A stretch of DNA of 64,000 nt from Balanoglossus misakiensis (Eukaryota; Animalia; Hemichordata). This document shows, piece by piece, positions 1 to 12,206 of this stretch. Location: positions 11,020,844-11,084,843 of the forward strand of contig CM082588.2 in the NCBI GenBank assembly GCA_040954595.2, read 5' to 3'. Under the pieces are notes generated by a model, which worked only from the letters and a program-made list of their open reading frames with translations, did no database searches and was not told where the DNA came from. Both the position numbers and the translations under genes were made by a program. Each line of letters starts with the position of its first letter. Within the stretch, counting starts at the first letter, position 1.

Positions 1-3000
1 ACCAGAGCACACAGTAACCAGGCCATAGTGGACAGTGTGCTGCCCATTAATTTTGAGTGTTTGGTGGGGTCAACCTTTGCGTCAACATTAACCAGAGCAC
101 ACAGTAACCAGGCCGTAGTGGACAGTGTTCTGCCCATTAATTTTGAGTGTTTGGTGGGGTCAACCTTTGCGTCAACATTAACCAGAGCACACAGTAACCA
201 GGCCATAGTGGACAGTGTTCTGCCCATTAATTTTGAGTGTTTGGTGGGGTCAACCTTTGCGTCAACATTAACCAGAGCACACAGTAACCAGGCCGTAGTG
301 GACAGTGTTCTGCCCATTAATTTTGAGTGTTTGGTGGGGTCAACCTTTGCGTCAACATTAACCAGAGCACACAGTAACCAGGCCAGAGTGGCCAGTATCG
401 TGCCCATTAATTTTGAGTGTTTGATGGGGGTCAACCTTTGCGTCAACATTAACCAGAGCACACAGTAACCAGGCCGTAGTGGACAGTGTTCTGCCCATTA
501 ATTTTGAGTGTTTGGTGGGGTCAACCTTTGCGTCAACATTAACCAGAGCACACAGTAACCAGGCCATAGTGGACAGTGTGCTGCCCATTAATTTTGAGTG
601 TTTGGTGGGGTCAACCTTTGCGTCAACATTAACCAGAGCACACAGTAACCAGGCCGTAGTGGACAGTGTTCTGCCCATTAATTTTGAGTGTTTGGTGGGG
701 TCAACCTTTGCGTCAACATTAACCAGAGCACACAGTAACCAGGCCGTAGTGGACAGTGTTCTGCCCATTAATTTTGAGTGTTTGGTGGGGTCAACCTTTG
801 CGTCAACATTAACCAGAGCACACAGTAACCAGGCCGTAGTGGACAGTGTTCTGCCCATTAATTTTGAGTGTTTGGTGGGGTCAACCTTTGCGTCAACATT
901 AACCAGAGCACACAGTAACCAGGCCATAGTGGACAGTGTGCTGCCCATTAATTTTGAGTGTTTGGTGGGGTCAACCTTTGCGTCAACATTAACCAGAGCA
1001 CACAGTAACCAGGCCGTAGTGGACAGTGTTCTGCCCATTAATTTTGAGTGTTTGGTGGGGTCAACCTTTGCGTCAACATTAACCAGAGCACACAGTAACC
1101 AGGCCATAGTGGACAGTGTTCTGCCCATTAATTTTGAGTGTTTGGTGGGGTCAACCTTTGCGTCAACATTAACCAGAGCACACAGTAACCAGGCCGTAGT
1201 GGACAGTGTTCTGCCCATTAATTTTGAGTGTTTGGTGGGGTCAACCTTTGCGTCAACATTAACCAGAGCACACAGTAACCAGGCCAGAGTGGCCAGTATC
1301 GTGCCCATTAATTTTGAGTGTTTGATGGGGGTCAACCTTTGCGTCAACATTAACCAGAGCACACAGTAACCAGGCCGTAGTGGACAGTGTTCTGCCCATT
1401 AATTTTGAGTGTTTGGTGGGGTCAACCTTTGCGTCAACATTAACCAGAGCACACAGTAACCAGGCCATAGTGGACAGTGTGCTGCCCATTAATTTTGAGT
1501 GTTTGGTGGGGTCAACCTTTGCGTCAACATTAACCAGAGCACACAGTAACCAGGCCGTAGTGGACAGTGTTCTGCCCATTAATTTTGAGTGTTTGGTGGG
1601 GTCAACCTTTGCGTCAACATTAACCAGAGCACACAGTAACCAGGCCGTAGTGGACAGTGTTCTGCCCATTAATTTTGAGTGTTTGGTGGGGTCAACCTTT
1701 GCGTCAACATTAACCAGAGCACACAGTAACCAGGCCGTAGTGGACAGTGTTCTGCCCATTAATTTTGAGTGTTTGGTGGGGTCAACCTTTGCGTCAACAT
1801 TAACTAGGCCAGAGTGGCCAGTATCGTGCCCATTAATTTTGAGTGTTTGGTGGGGTCAACCTTTGCGTCAACATTAACTAGGCCAGAGTGGCCAGTATCG
1901 TGCCCATTAATTTTGAGTGTTTGGTGGGGTCAACCTTTGCGTCAACATTAACTAGGCCAGAGTGGCCAGTATCGTGCCCATTAATTTTGAGTGTTTGGTG
2001 GGGTCAACCTTTGCGTCAACATTAACCAGAGCACACAGTAACCAGGCCGTAGTGGACAGTGTTCTGCCCATTAATTTTGAGTGTTTGGTGGGGTCAACCT
2101 TTGCGTCAACATTAACCAGAGCACACAGTAACCAGGCCATAGTGGACAGTGTGCTGCCCATTAATTTTGAGTGTTTGGTGGGGTCAACCTTTGCGTCAAC
2201 ATTAACCAGAGCACACAGTAACCAGGCCATAGTGGACAGTGTTCTGCCCATTAATTTTGAGTGTTTGGTGGGGTCAACCTTTGCGTCAACATTAACCAGA
2301 GCACACAGTAACCAGGCCGTAGTGGACAGTGTTCTGCCCATTAATTTTGAGTGTTTGGTGGGGTCAACCTTTGCGTCAACATTAACCAGAGCACACAGTA
2401 ACCAGGCCGTAGTGGACAGTGTTCTGCCCATTAATTTTGAGTGTTTGGTGGGGTCAACCTTTGCGTCAACATTAACCAGAGCGCACAGTAACCAGGCCAT
2501 AGTGGACAGTGTTCTGCCCATTAATTTTGAGTGTTTGGTGGGGTCAACCTTTGCGTCAACATTAACCAGAGCACACAGTAACCAGGCCGTAGTGGACAGT
2601 GTTCTGCCCATTAATTTTGAGTGTTTGGTGGGGTCAACCTTTGCGTCAACATTAACCAGAGCACACAGTAACCAGGCCATAGTGGACAGTGTGCTGCCCA
2701 TTAATTTTGAGTGTTTGGTGGGGTCAACCTTTGCGTCAACATTAACCAGAGCACACAGTAACCAGGCCGTAGTGGACAGTGTTCTGCCCATTAATTTTGA
2801 GTGTTTGGTGGGGTCAACCTTTGCGTCAACATTAACCAGAGCACACAGTAACCAGGCCATAGTGGACAGTGTTCTGCCCATTAATTTTGAGTGTTTGGTG
2901 GGGTCAACCTTTGCGTCAACATTAACCAGAGCACACAGTAACCAGGCCGTAGTGGACAGTGTTCTGCCCATTAATTTTGAGTGTTTGGTGGGGTCAACCT

Positions 3001-6000
3001 TTGCGTCAACATTAACCAGAGCACACAGTAACCAGGCCGTAGTGGACAGTGTTCTGCCCATTAATTTTGAGTGTTTGGTGGGGTCAACCTTTGCGTCAAC
3101 ATTAACCAGAGCACACAGTAACCAGGCCGTAGTGGACAGTGTTCTGCCCATTAATTTTGAGTGTTTGGTGGGGTCAACCTTTGCGTCAACATTAACCAGA
3201 GCACACAGTAACCAGGCCATAGTGGACAGTGTGCTGCCCATTAATTTTGAGTGTTTGGTGGGGTCAACCTTTGCGTCAACATTAACCAGAGCACACAGTA
3301 ACCAGGCCGTAGTGGACAGTGTTCTGCCCATTAATTTTGAGTGTTTGGTGGGGTCAACCTTTGCGTCAACATTAACCAGAGCACACAGTAACCAGGCCAT
3401 AGTGGACAGTGTTCTGCCCATTAATTTTGAGTGTTTGGTGGGGTCAACCTTTGCGTCAACATTAACCAGAGCACACAGTAACCAGGCCGTAGTGGACAGT
3501 GTTCTGCCCATTAATTTTGAGTGTTTGGTGGGGTCAACCTTTGCGTCAACATTAACCAGAGCACACAGTAACCAGGCCGTAGTGGACAGTGTTCTGCCCA
3601 TTAATTTTGAGTGTTTGGTGGGGTCAACCTTTGCGTCAACATTAACCAGAGCACACAGTAACCAGGCCGTAGTGGACAGTGTTCTGCCCATTAATTTTGA
3701 GTGTTTGGTGGGGTCAACCTTTGCGTCAACATTAACCAGAGCACACAGTAACCAGGCCATAGTGGACAGTGTGCTGCCCATTAATTTTGAGTGTTTGGTG
3801 GGGTCAACCTTTGCGTCAACATTAACCAGAGCACACAGTAACCAGGCCATAGTGGACAGTGTTCTGCCCATTAATTTTGAGTGTTTGGTGGGGTCAACCT
3901 TTGCGTCAACATTAACCAGAGCACACAGTAACCAGGCCGTAGTGGACAGTGTTCTGCCCATTAATTTTGAGTGTTTGGTGGGGTCAACCTTTGCGTCAAC
4001 ATTAACCAGAGCACACAGTAACCAGGCCGTAGTGGACAGTGTTCTGCCCATTAATTTTGAGTGTTTGGTGGGGTCAACCTTTGCGTCAACATTAACCAGA
4101 GCACACAGTAACCAGGCCGTAGTGGACAGTGTTCTGCCCATTAATTTTGAGTGTTTGGTGGGGTCAACCTTTGCGTCAACATTAACCAGAGCACACAGTA
4201 ACCAGGCCGTAGTGGACAGTGTTCTGCCCATTAGTTTTGAGTGTTTGGTGGGGTCAACCTTTGCGTCAACATTAACCAGAGCACACAGTAACCAGGCCGT
4301 AGTGGACAGTGTTCTGCCCATTAATTTTGAGTGTTTGGTGGGGTCAACCTTTGCGTCAACATTAACCAGAGCACACAGTAACCAGGCCGTAGTGGACAGT
4401 GTTCTGCCCATTAATTTTGAGTGTTTGGTGGGGTCAACCTTTGCGTCAACATTAACCAGAGCACACAGTAACCAGGCCGTAGTGGACAGTGTTCTGCCCA
4501 TTAATTTTGAGTGTTTGGTGGGGTCAACCTTTGCGTCAACATTAACCAGAGCACACAGTAACCAGGCCATAGTGGACAGTGTGCTGCCCATTAATTTTGA
4601 GTGTTTGGTGGGGTCAACCTTTGCGTCAACATTAACCAGAGCACACAGTAACCAGGCCGTAGTGGACAGTGTTCTGCCCATTAATTTTGAGTGTTTGGTG
4701 GGGTCAACCTTTGCGTCAACATTAACCAGAGCACACAGTAACCAGGCCGTAGTGGACAGTGTTCTGCCCATTAATTTTGAGTGTTTGGTGGGGTCAACCT
4801 TTGCGTCAACATTAACCAGAGCACACAGTAACCAGGCCGTAGTGGACAGTGTTCTGCCCATTAGTTTTGAGTGTTTGGTGGGGTCAACCTTTGCGTCAAC
4901 ATTAACCAGAGCACACAGTAACCAGGCCGTAGTGGACAGTGTTCTGCCCATTAGTTTTGAGTGTTTGGTGGGGTCAACCTTTGCGTCAACATTAACCAGA
5001 GCACACAGTAACCAGGCCGTAGTGGACAGTGTTCTGCCCATTAATTTTGAGTGTTTGGTGGGGTCAACCTTTGCGTCAACATTAACCAGAGCACACAGTA
5101 ACCAGGCCGTAGTGGACAGTGTTCTGCCCATTAATTTTGAGTGTTTGGTGGGGTCAACCTTTGCGTCAACATTAACCAGAGCACACAGTAACCAGGCCGT
5201 AGTGGACAGTGTTCTGCCCATTAATTTTGAGTGTTTGGTGGGGTCAACCTTTGCGTCAACATTAACCAGAGCACACAGTAACCAGGCCATAGTGGACAGT
5301 GTGCTGCCCATTAATTTTGAGTGTTTGGTGGGGTCAACCTTTGCGTCAACATTAACCAGAGCACACAGTAACCAGGCCATAGTGGACAGTGTTCTGCCCA
5401 TTAATTTTGAGTGTTTGGTGGGGTCAACCTTTGCGTCAACATTAACCAGAGCACACAGTAACCAGGCCGTAGTGGACAGTGTTCTGCCCATTAATTTTGA
5501 GTGTTTGGTGGGGTCAACCTTTGCGTCAACATTAACCAGAGCACACAGTAACCAGGCCGTAGTGGACAGTGTTCTGCCCATTAATTTTGAGTGTTTGGTG
5601 GGGTCAACCTTTGCGTCAACATTAACCAGAGCACACAGTAACCAGGCCATAGTGGACAGTGTTCTGCCCATTAATTTTGAGTGTTTGGTGGGGTCAACCT
5701 TTGCGTCAACATTAACCAGAGCACACAGTAACCAGGCCGTAGTGGACAGTGTTCTGCCCATTAATTTTGAGTGTTTGGTGGGGTCAACCTTTGCGTCAAC
5801 ATTAACCAGAGCACACAGTAACCAGGCCGTAGTGGACAGTGTTCTGCCCATTAATTTTGAGTGTTTGGTGGGGTCAACCTTTGCGTCAACATTAACCAGA
5901 GCACACAGTAACCAGGCCGTAGTGGACAGTGTTCTGCCCATTAATTTTGAGTGTTTGGTGGGGTCAACCTTTGCGTCAACATTAACCAGAGCACACAGTA

Positions 6001-6802
6001 ACCAGGCCGTAGTGGACAGTGTTCTGCCCATTAATTTTGAGTGTTTGGTGGGGTCAACCTTTGCGTCAACATTAACCAGAGCACACAGTAACCAGGCCAT
6101 AGTGGACAGTGTGCTGCCCATTAATTTTGAGTGTTTGGTGGGGTCAACCTTTGCGTCAACATTAACCAGAGCACACAGTAACCAGGCCGTAGTGGACAGT
6201 GTTCTGCCCATTAATTTTGAGTGTTTGGTGGGGTCAACCTTTGCGTCAACATTAACCAGAGCACACAGTAACCAGGCCGTAGTGGACAGTGTTCTGCCCA
6301 TTAATTTTGAGTGTTTGGTGGGGTCAACCTTTGCGTCAACATTAACCAGAGCACACAGTAACCAGGCCATAGTGGACAGTGTTCTGCCCATTAATTTTGA
6401 GTGTTTGGTGGGGTCAACCTTTGCGTCAACATTAACCAGAGCACACAGTAACCAGGCCGTAGTGGACAGTGTTCTGCCCATTAATTTTGAGTGTTTGGTG
6501 GGGTCAACCTTTGCGTCAACATTAACCAGAGCACACAGTAACCAGGCCATAGTGGACAGTGTGCTGCCCATTAATTTTGAGTGTTTGGTGGGGTCAACCT
6601 TTGCGTCAACATTAACCAGAGCACAGAGTAACCAGGCCATAGTGGACAGTGTTCTGCCCATTAATTTTGAGTGTTTGGTGGGGTCAACCTTTGCGTCAAC
6701 ATTAATCAGAGCACACAGTAACCAGGCCGTAGTGGACAGTGTTCTGCCCATTAATTTTGAGTGTTTGGTGGGGTCAACCTTTGCGTCAACATTAACCAGA
6801 GC

Positions 6803-7634
6803 CACGGTTACTAGAAGAAGACGGTTAGGAAACTATTTTTTCTCCATTGTTAGATGCTCGCCTCGGTAAACACTTAGTGTAAACGAAAGATATCAGGTGC
6901 TAACGAGCCTGGCCGTACGAATAATGACGTCATTCCCCCACAATCCAAAGCAAACCATACTCGTGTTTACGGAATTGCTTGCACGCACAGTACGTAGACC
7001 ACCAGAATTGAAGAAAACAGAACAGAGGATGGATAATTTATAAAGTCACAACACATTTATGACAATTTTGAACTTTCAAGGACATGATGAAGCCATACAT
7101 TCTTTGTCTTGACTGTGCCCTAGAGATTCGATGCGAACCAAAACAAACAAGATGGCCGCCAAAGGCTATATCGATAATGTTAAATTAACGACTGTATCGA
7201 AATGGGTATGCAATGAATCTCAACGAAATATTCCAATTGGAATAAACGAAATAGCCCATGCAATACAAAAAGGTGTAAAATATCTAAATATATTTAAAAA
7301 AAACAGAAATGCGACCATCAGGGTTGAATTCTAGGGGTTCAAAATTCGACGCTATTTGAATCCGGATTTTAAGTTAACCACCCAAGAAACAATGGTAGAG
7401 TGTCACAAGCCCAACAGACTATGACCGTGCACTCCATAAGCCTATATGGAATTCGTACAAAAAAAAAGTGGCGCTGTACTCTGACGAAAAAGGGCAGATG
7501 AAGGGGTTCAAAAATTAGCTACGTTCCCCAATACAACCCCACATAGCGGTTCGGACATGGACTCTCCTAGCTAACACCTCGTTCACACCTTCCGAACAAT
7601 AGAGTTTCCTAACCGTCTTCTTCTAGTAACCGTG
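6803..7634. mobile_element. Non-autonomous TIR DNA transposon (MITE), P-superfamily-like, copy 1
   Basis: Perfect 32-bp TIR CACGGTTACTAGAAGAAGACGGTTAGGAAACT. 7-bp target site duplication (TSD) CCAGAGC at 6796-6802 and 7635-7641, present once in uninterrupted monomers. CA..TG termini with a 7-8-bp TSD are typical of P elements. Confidence 0.9.
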
Positions 7635-10600
7635 CCAGAGCACACAGTAACCAGGCCATAGTGGACAGTGTTCTGCCCATTAATTTTGAGTGTTTGGTGG
7701 GGTCAACATTTGCGTCAACATTAACCAGAGCACACAGTAACCAGGCCGTAGTGGACAGTGTTCTGCCCATTAATTTTGAGTGTTTGGTGGGTCAACCTTT
7801 GCGTCAACATTAACTAGGCCAGAGTGGCCAGTATCGTGCCCATTAATTTTGAGTGTTTGGTGGGGTCAACCTTTGCGTCAACATTAACTAGGCCAGAGTG
7901 GCCAGTATCGTGCCCATTAATTTTGAGTGTTTGGTGGGGTCAACCTTTGCGTCAACATTAACTAGGCCAGAGTGGCCAGTATCCTGCCCATTAATTTTGA
8001 GTGTTTGGTGGGGTCAACCTTTGCATCAACATTAACCAGGCCAGAGTGGCCAGTGTCGTGCCCATTAATTTTGAGTTTTTGGTGGGGTCAACCTTGGCAT
8101 CAACATTAACTAGGCCAGAGTGGCCAGTATCGTGCCCATTAATTTTGAGTGTTTGGTGGGGTCAACCTTTGCGTCAACATTAACTAGGCCAGAGTGGCCA
8201 GTATCGTGCCCATTAATTTTGAGTGTTTGGTGGGGGTCAACCTTTGCGTCAACATTAACCAGAGCACACAGTAACCAGGCCGTAGTGGACAGTGTTCTGC
8301 CCATTAATTTTGAGTGTTTGGTGGGGTCAACCTTTGCGTCAACATTAACTAGGCCAGAGTGGCCAGTATCGTGCCCATTAATTTTGTGTGTTTGGTGGGG
8401 TCAACCTTTGCGTCAACATTAACTAGGCCAGAGTGGCCAGTATCATGCCCATTAATTTTGAGTGTTTGGTGGGGTCAACCTTTGCGTCAACATTAACTAG
8501 GCCAGAGTGGCCAGTATCCTGCCCATTAATTTTGAGTGTTTGGTGGGGTCAACCTTTGCATCAACATTAACCAGGCCAGAGTGGCCAGTGTCATGCCCAT
8601 TAATTTTGAGTTTTTGGTGGGGTCAACCTTGGCATCAACATTAACTAGGCCAGAGTGGCCAGTATCGTGCCCATTAATTTTGAGTGTTTGGTGGGGTCAA
8701 CCTTTGCGTCAACATTAACTAGGCCAGAGTGGCCAGTATCGTGCCCATTAATTTTGAGTGTTTGGTGGGGGTCAACCTTTGCGTCAACATTAACCAGAGC
8801 ACACAGTAACCAGGCCGTAGTGGACAGTGTTCTGCCCATTAATTTTGAGTGTTTGGTGGGGTCAACCTTTGCGTCAACATTAACTAGGCCAGAGTGGCCA
8901 GTATCGTGCCCATTAATTTTGAGTGTTTGGTGGGGTCAACCTTTGCGTCAACATTAACTAGGCCAGAGTGGCCAGTATCGTGCCCATTAATTTTGAGTGT
9001 TTGGTGGGGGTCAACCTTTGCGTCAACATTAACCAGAGCACACAGTAACCAGGCCGTAGTGGACAGTGTTCTGCCCATTAATTTTGAGTGTTTGGTGGGG
9101 TCAACCTTTGCGTCAACATTAACTAGGCCAGAGTGGCCAGTATCGTGCCCATTAATTTTGTGTGTTTGGTGGGGTCAACCTTTGCGTCAACATTAACTAG
9201 GCCAGAGTGGCCAGTATCATGCCCATTAATTTTGAGTGTTTGGTGGGGTCAACCTTTGCGTCAACATTAACTAGGCCAGAGTGGCCAGTATCCTGCCCAT
9301 TAATTTTGAGTGTTTGGTGGGGTCAACCTTTGCATCAACATTAACCAGGCCAGAGTGGCCAGTGTCATGCCCATTAATTTTGAGTTTTTGGTGGGGTCAA
9401 CCTTGGCATCAACATTAACTAGGCCAGAGTGGCCAGTATCGTGCCCATTAATTTTGAGTGTTTGGTGGGGTCAACCTTTGCGTCAACATTAACTAGGCCA
9501 GAGTGGCCAGTATCGTGCCCATTAATTTTGAGTGTTTGGTGGGGGTCAACCTTTGCGTCAACATTAACCAGAGCACACAGTAACCAGGCCGTAGTGGACA
9601 GTGTTCTGCCCATTAATTTTGAGTGTTTGGTGGGGTCAACCTTTGCGTCAACATTAACCAGAGCACACAGTAACCAGGCCTTAGTGGACAGTGTGCTGCC
9701 CATTAATTTTGAGTGTTTGGTGGGGTCAACCTTTGCGTCAACATTAACCAGAGCACACAGTAACCAGGCCATAGTGGACAGTGTTCTGCCCATTAATTTT
9801 GAGTGTTTGGTGGGGTCAACCTTTGCGTCAACATTAACCAGAGCACACAGTAACCAGGCCGTAGTGGACAGTGTTCTGCCCATTAATTTTGAGTGTTTGG
9901 TGGGGTCAACCTTTGCGTCAACATTAACCAGAGCACACAGTAACCAGGCCGTAGTGGACAGTGTTCTGCCCATTAATTTTGAGTGTTTGGTGGGGTCAAC
10001 CTTTGCGTCAACATTAACCAGAGCACACAGTAACCAGGCCATAGTGGACAGTGTTCTGCCCATTAATTTTGAGTGTTTGGTGGGGTCAACCTTTGCGTCA
10101 ACATTAACCAGAGCACACAGTAACCAGGCCGTAGTGGACAGTGTTCTGCCCATTAATTTTGAGTGTTTGGTGGGGTCAACCTTTGCGTCAACATTAACCA
10201 GAGCACACAGTAACCAGGCCATAGTGGACAGTATGCTGCCCATTGATTTTGAGTGTTTGGTGGCGTCAACCTTTGCGTCAACATTAACCAGAGCACACAA
10301 TAACCAGGCCGTAGTGGACAGTGTTCTGCCCATTAATTTTGAGTGTTTGGTGGGGTCAACCTTTGCGTCAACATTAACCAGAGCACACAGTAACCAGGCC
10401 ATAGTGGACAGTGTTCTGCCCATTAATTTTGAGTGTTTGGTGGGGTCAACCTTTGCGTCAACATTAACCAGAGCACACAGTAACCAGGCCGTAGTGGACA
10501 GTGTGCTGCCCATTAATTTTGAGTGTTTGGTGGGGTCAACCTTTGCGTCAACATTAACCAGAGCACACAGTAACCAGGCCATAGTGGACAGTGTGCTGCC

Positions 10601-11374
10601 CATTAATTTTGAGTGTTTGGTGGGGTCAACCTTTGCGTCAACATTAACCAGAGCACACAGTAACCAGGCCATAGTGGACAGTGTTCTGCCCATTAATTTT
10701 GAGTGTTTGGTGGGGTCAACCTTTGCGTCAACATTAACCAGAGCACACAGTAACCAGGCCGTAGTGGACAGTGTTCTGCCCATTAATTTTGAGTGTTTGG
10801 TGGGGTCAACCTTTGCGTCAACATTAACCAGAGCACACAGTAACCAGGCCGTAGTGGACAGTGTTCTGCCCATTAATTTTGAGTGTTTGGTGGGGTCAAC
10901 CTTTGCGTCAACATTAACCAGAGCACACAGTAACCAGGCCATAGTGGACAGTGTTCTGCCCATTAATTTTGAGTGTTTGGTGGGGTCAACCTTTGCGTCA
11001 ACATTAACCAGAGCACACAGTAACCAGGCCGTAGTGGACAGTGTTCTGCCCATTAATTTTGAGTGTTTGGTGGGGTCAACCTTTGCGTCAACATTAACCA
11101 GAGCACACAGTAACCAGGCCATAGTGGACAGTGTGCTGCCCATTAATTTTGAGTGTTTGGTGGGGTCAACCTTTGCGTCAACATTAACCAGAGCACAGAG
11201 TAACCAGGCCATAGTGGACAGTGTTCTGCCCATTAATTTTGAGTGTTTGGTGGGGTCAACCTTTGCGTCAACATTAATCAGAGCACACAGTAACCAGGCC
11301 GTAGTGGACAGTGTTCTGCCCATTAATTTTGAGTGTTTGGTGGGGTCAACCTTTGCGTCAACATTAACCAGAGC

Positions 11375-12206
11375 CACGGTTACTAGAAGAAGACGGTTAG
11401 GAAACTATTTTTTCTCCATTGTTAGATGCTCGCCTCGGTAAACACTTAGTGTAAACGAAAGATATCAGGTGCTAACGAGCCTGGCCGTACGAATAATGAC
11501 GTCATTCCCCCACAATCCAAAGCAAACCATACTCGTGTTTACGGAATTGCTTGCACGCACAGTACGTAGACCACCAGAATTGAAGAAAACAGAACAGAGG
11601 ATGGATAATTTATAAAGTCACAACACATTTTTGACAATTTTGAACTTTCAAGGACATGATGAAGCCATACATTCTTTGTCTTGACTGTGCCCTAGAGATT
11701 CGATGCGAACCAAAACAAACAAGATGGCCGCCAAAGGCTATATCGATAATGTTAAATTAACGACTGTATCGAAATGGGTATGCAATGAATCTCAACGAAA
11801 TATTCCAATTGGAATAAACGAAATAGCCCATGCAATACAAAAAGGTGTAAAATATCTAAATATATTTAAAAAAAACAGAAATGCGACCATCAGGGTTGAA
11901 TTCTAGGGGTTCAAAATTCGACGCTATTTGAATCCGGATTTTAAGTTAACCACCCAAGAAACAATGGTAGAGTGTCACAAGCCCAACAGACTATGACCGT
12001 GCACTCCATAAGCCTATATGGAATTCGTACAAAAAAAAAGTGGCGCTGTACTCTGACGAAAAAGGGCAGATGAAGGGGTTCAAAAATTAGCTACGTTCCC
12101 CAATACAACCCCACATAGCGGTTCGGACATGGACTCTCCTAGCTAACACCTCGTTCACACCTTCCGAACAATAGAGTTTCCTAACCGTCTTCTTCTAGTA
12201 ACCGTG
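11375..12206. mobile_element. P-like MITE, copy 2
   Basis: Same 832-bp sequence, TIRs and TSD as copy 1; one substitution seen (ATTTATGAC vs ATTTTTGAC). Confidence 0.9.

Noticed and set aside
7131-7334. 67-aa ORF inside the MITE (also 11703-11906)
   Set aside because: No transposase or other motif; it recurs only because the element is duplicated.
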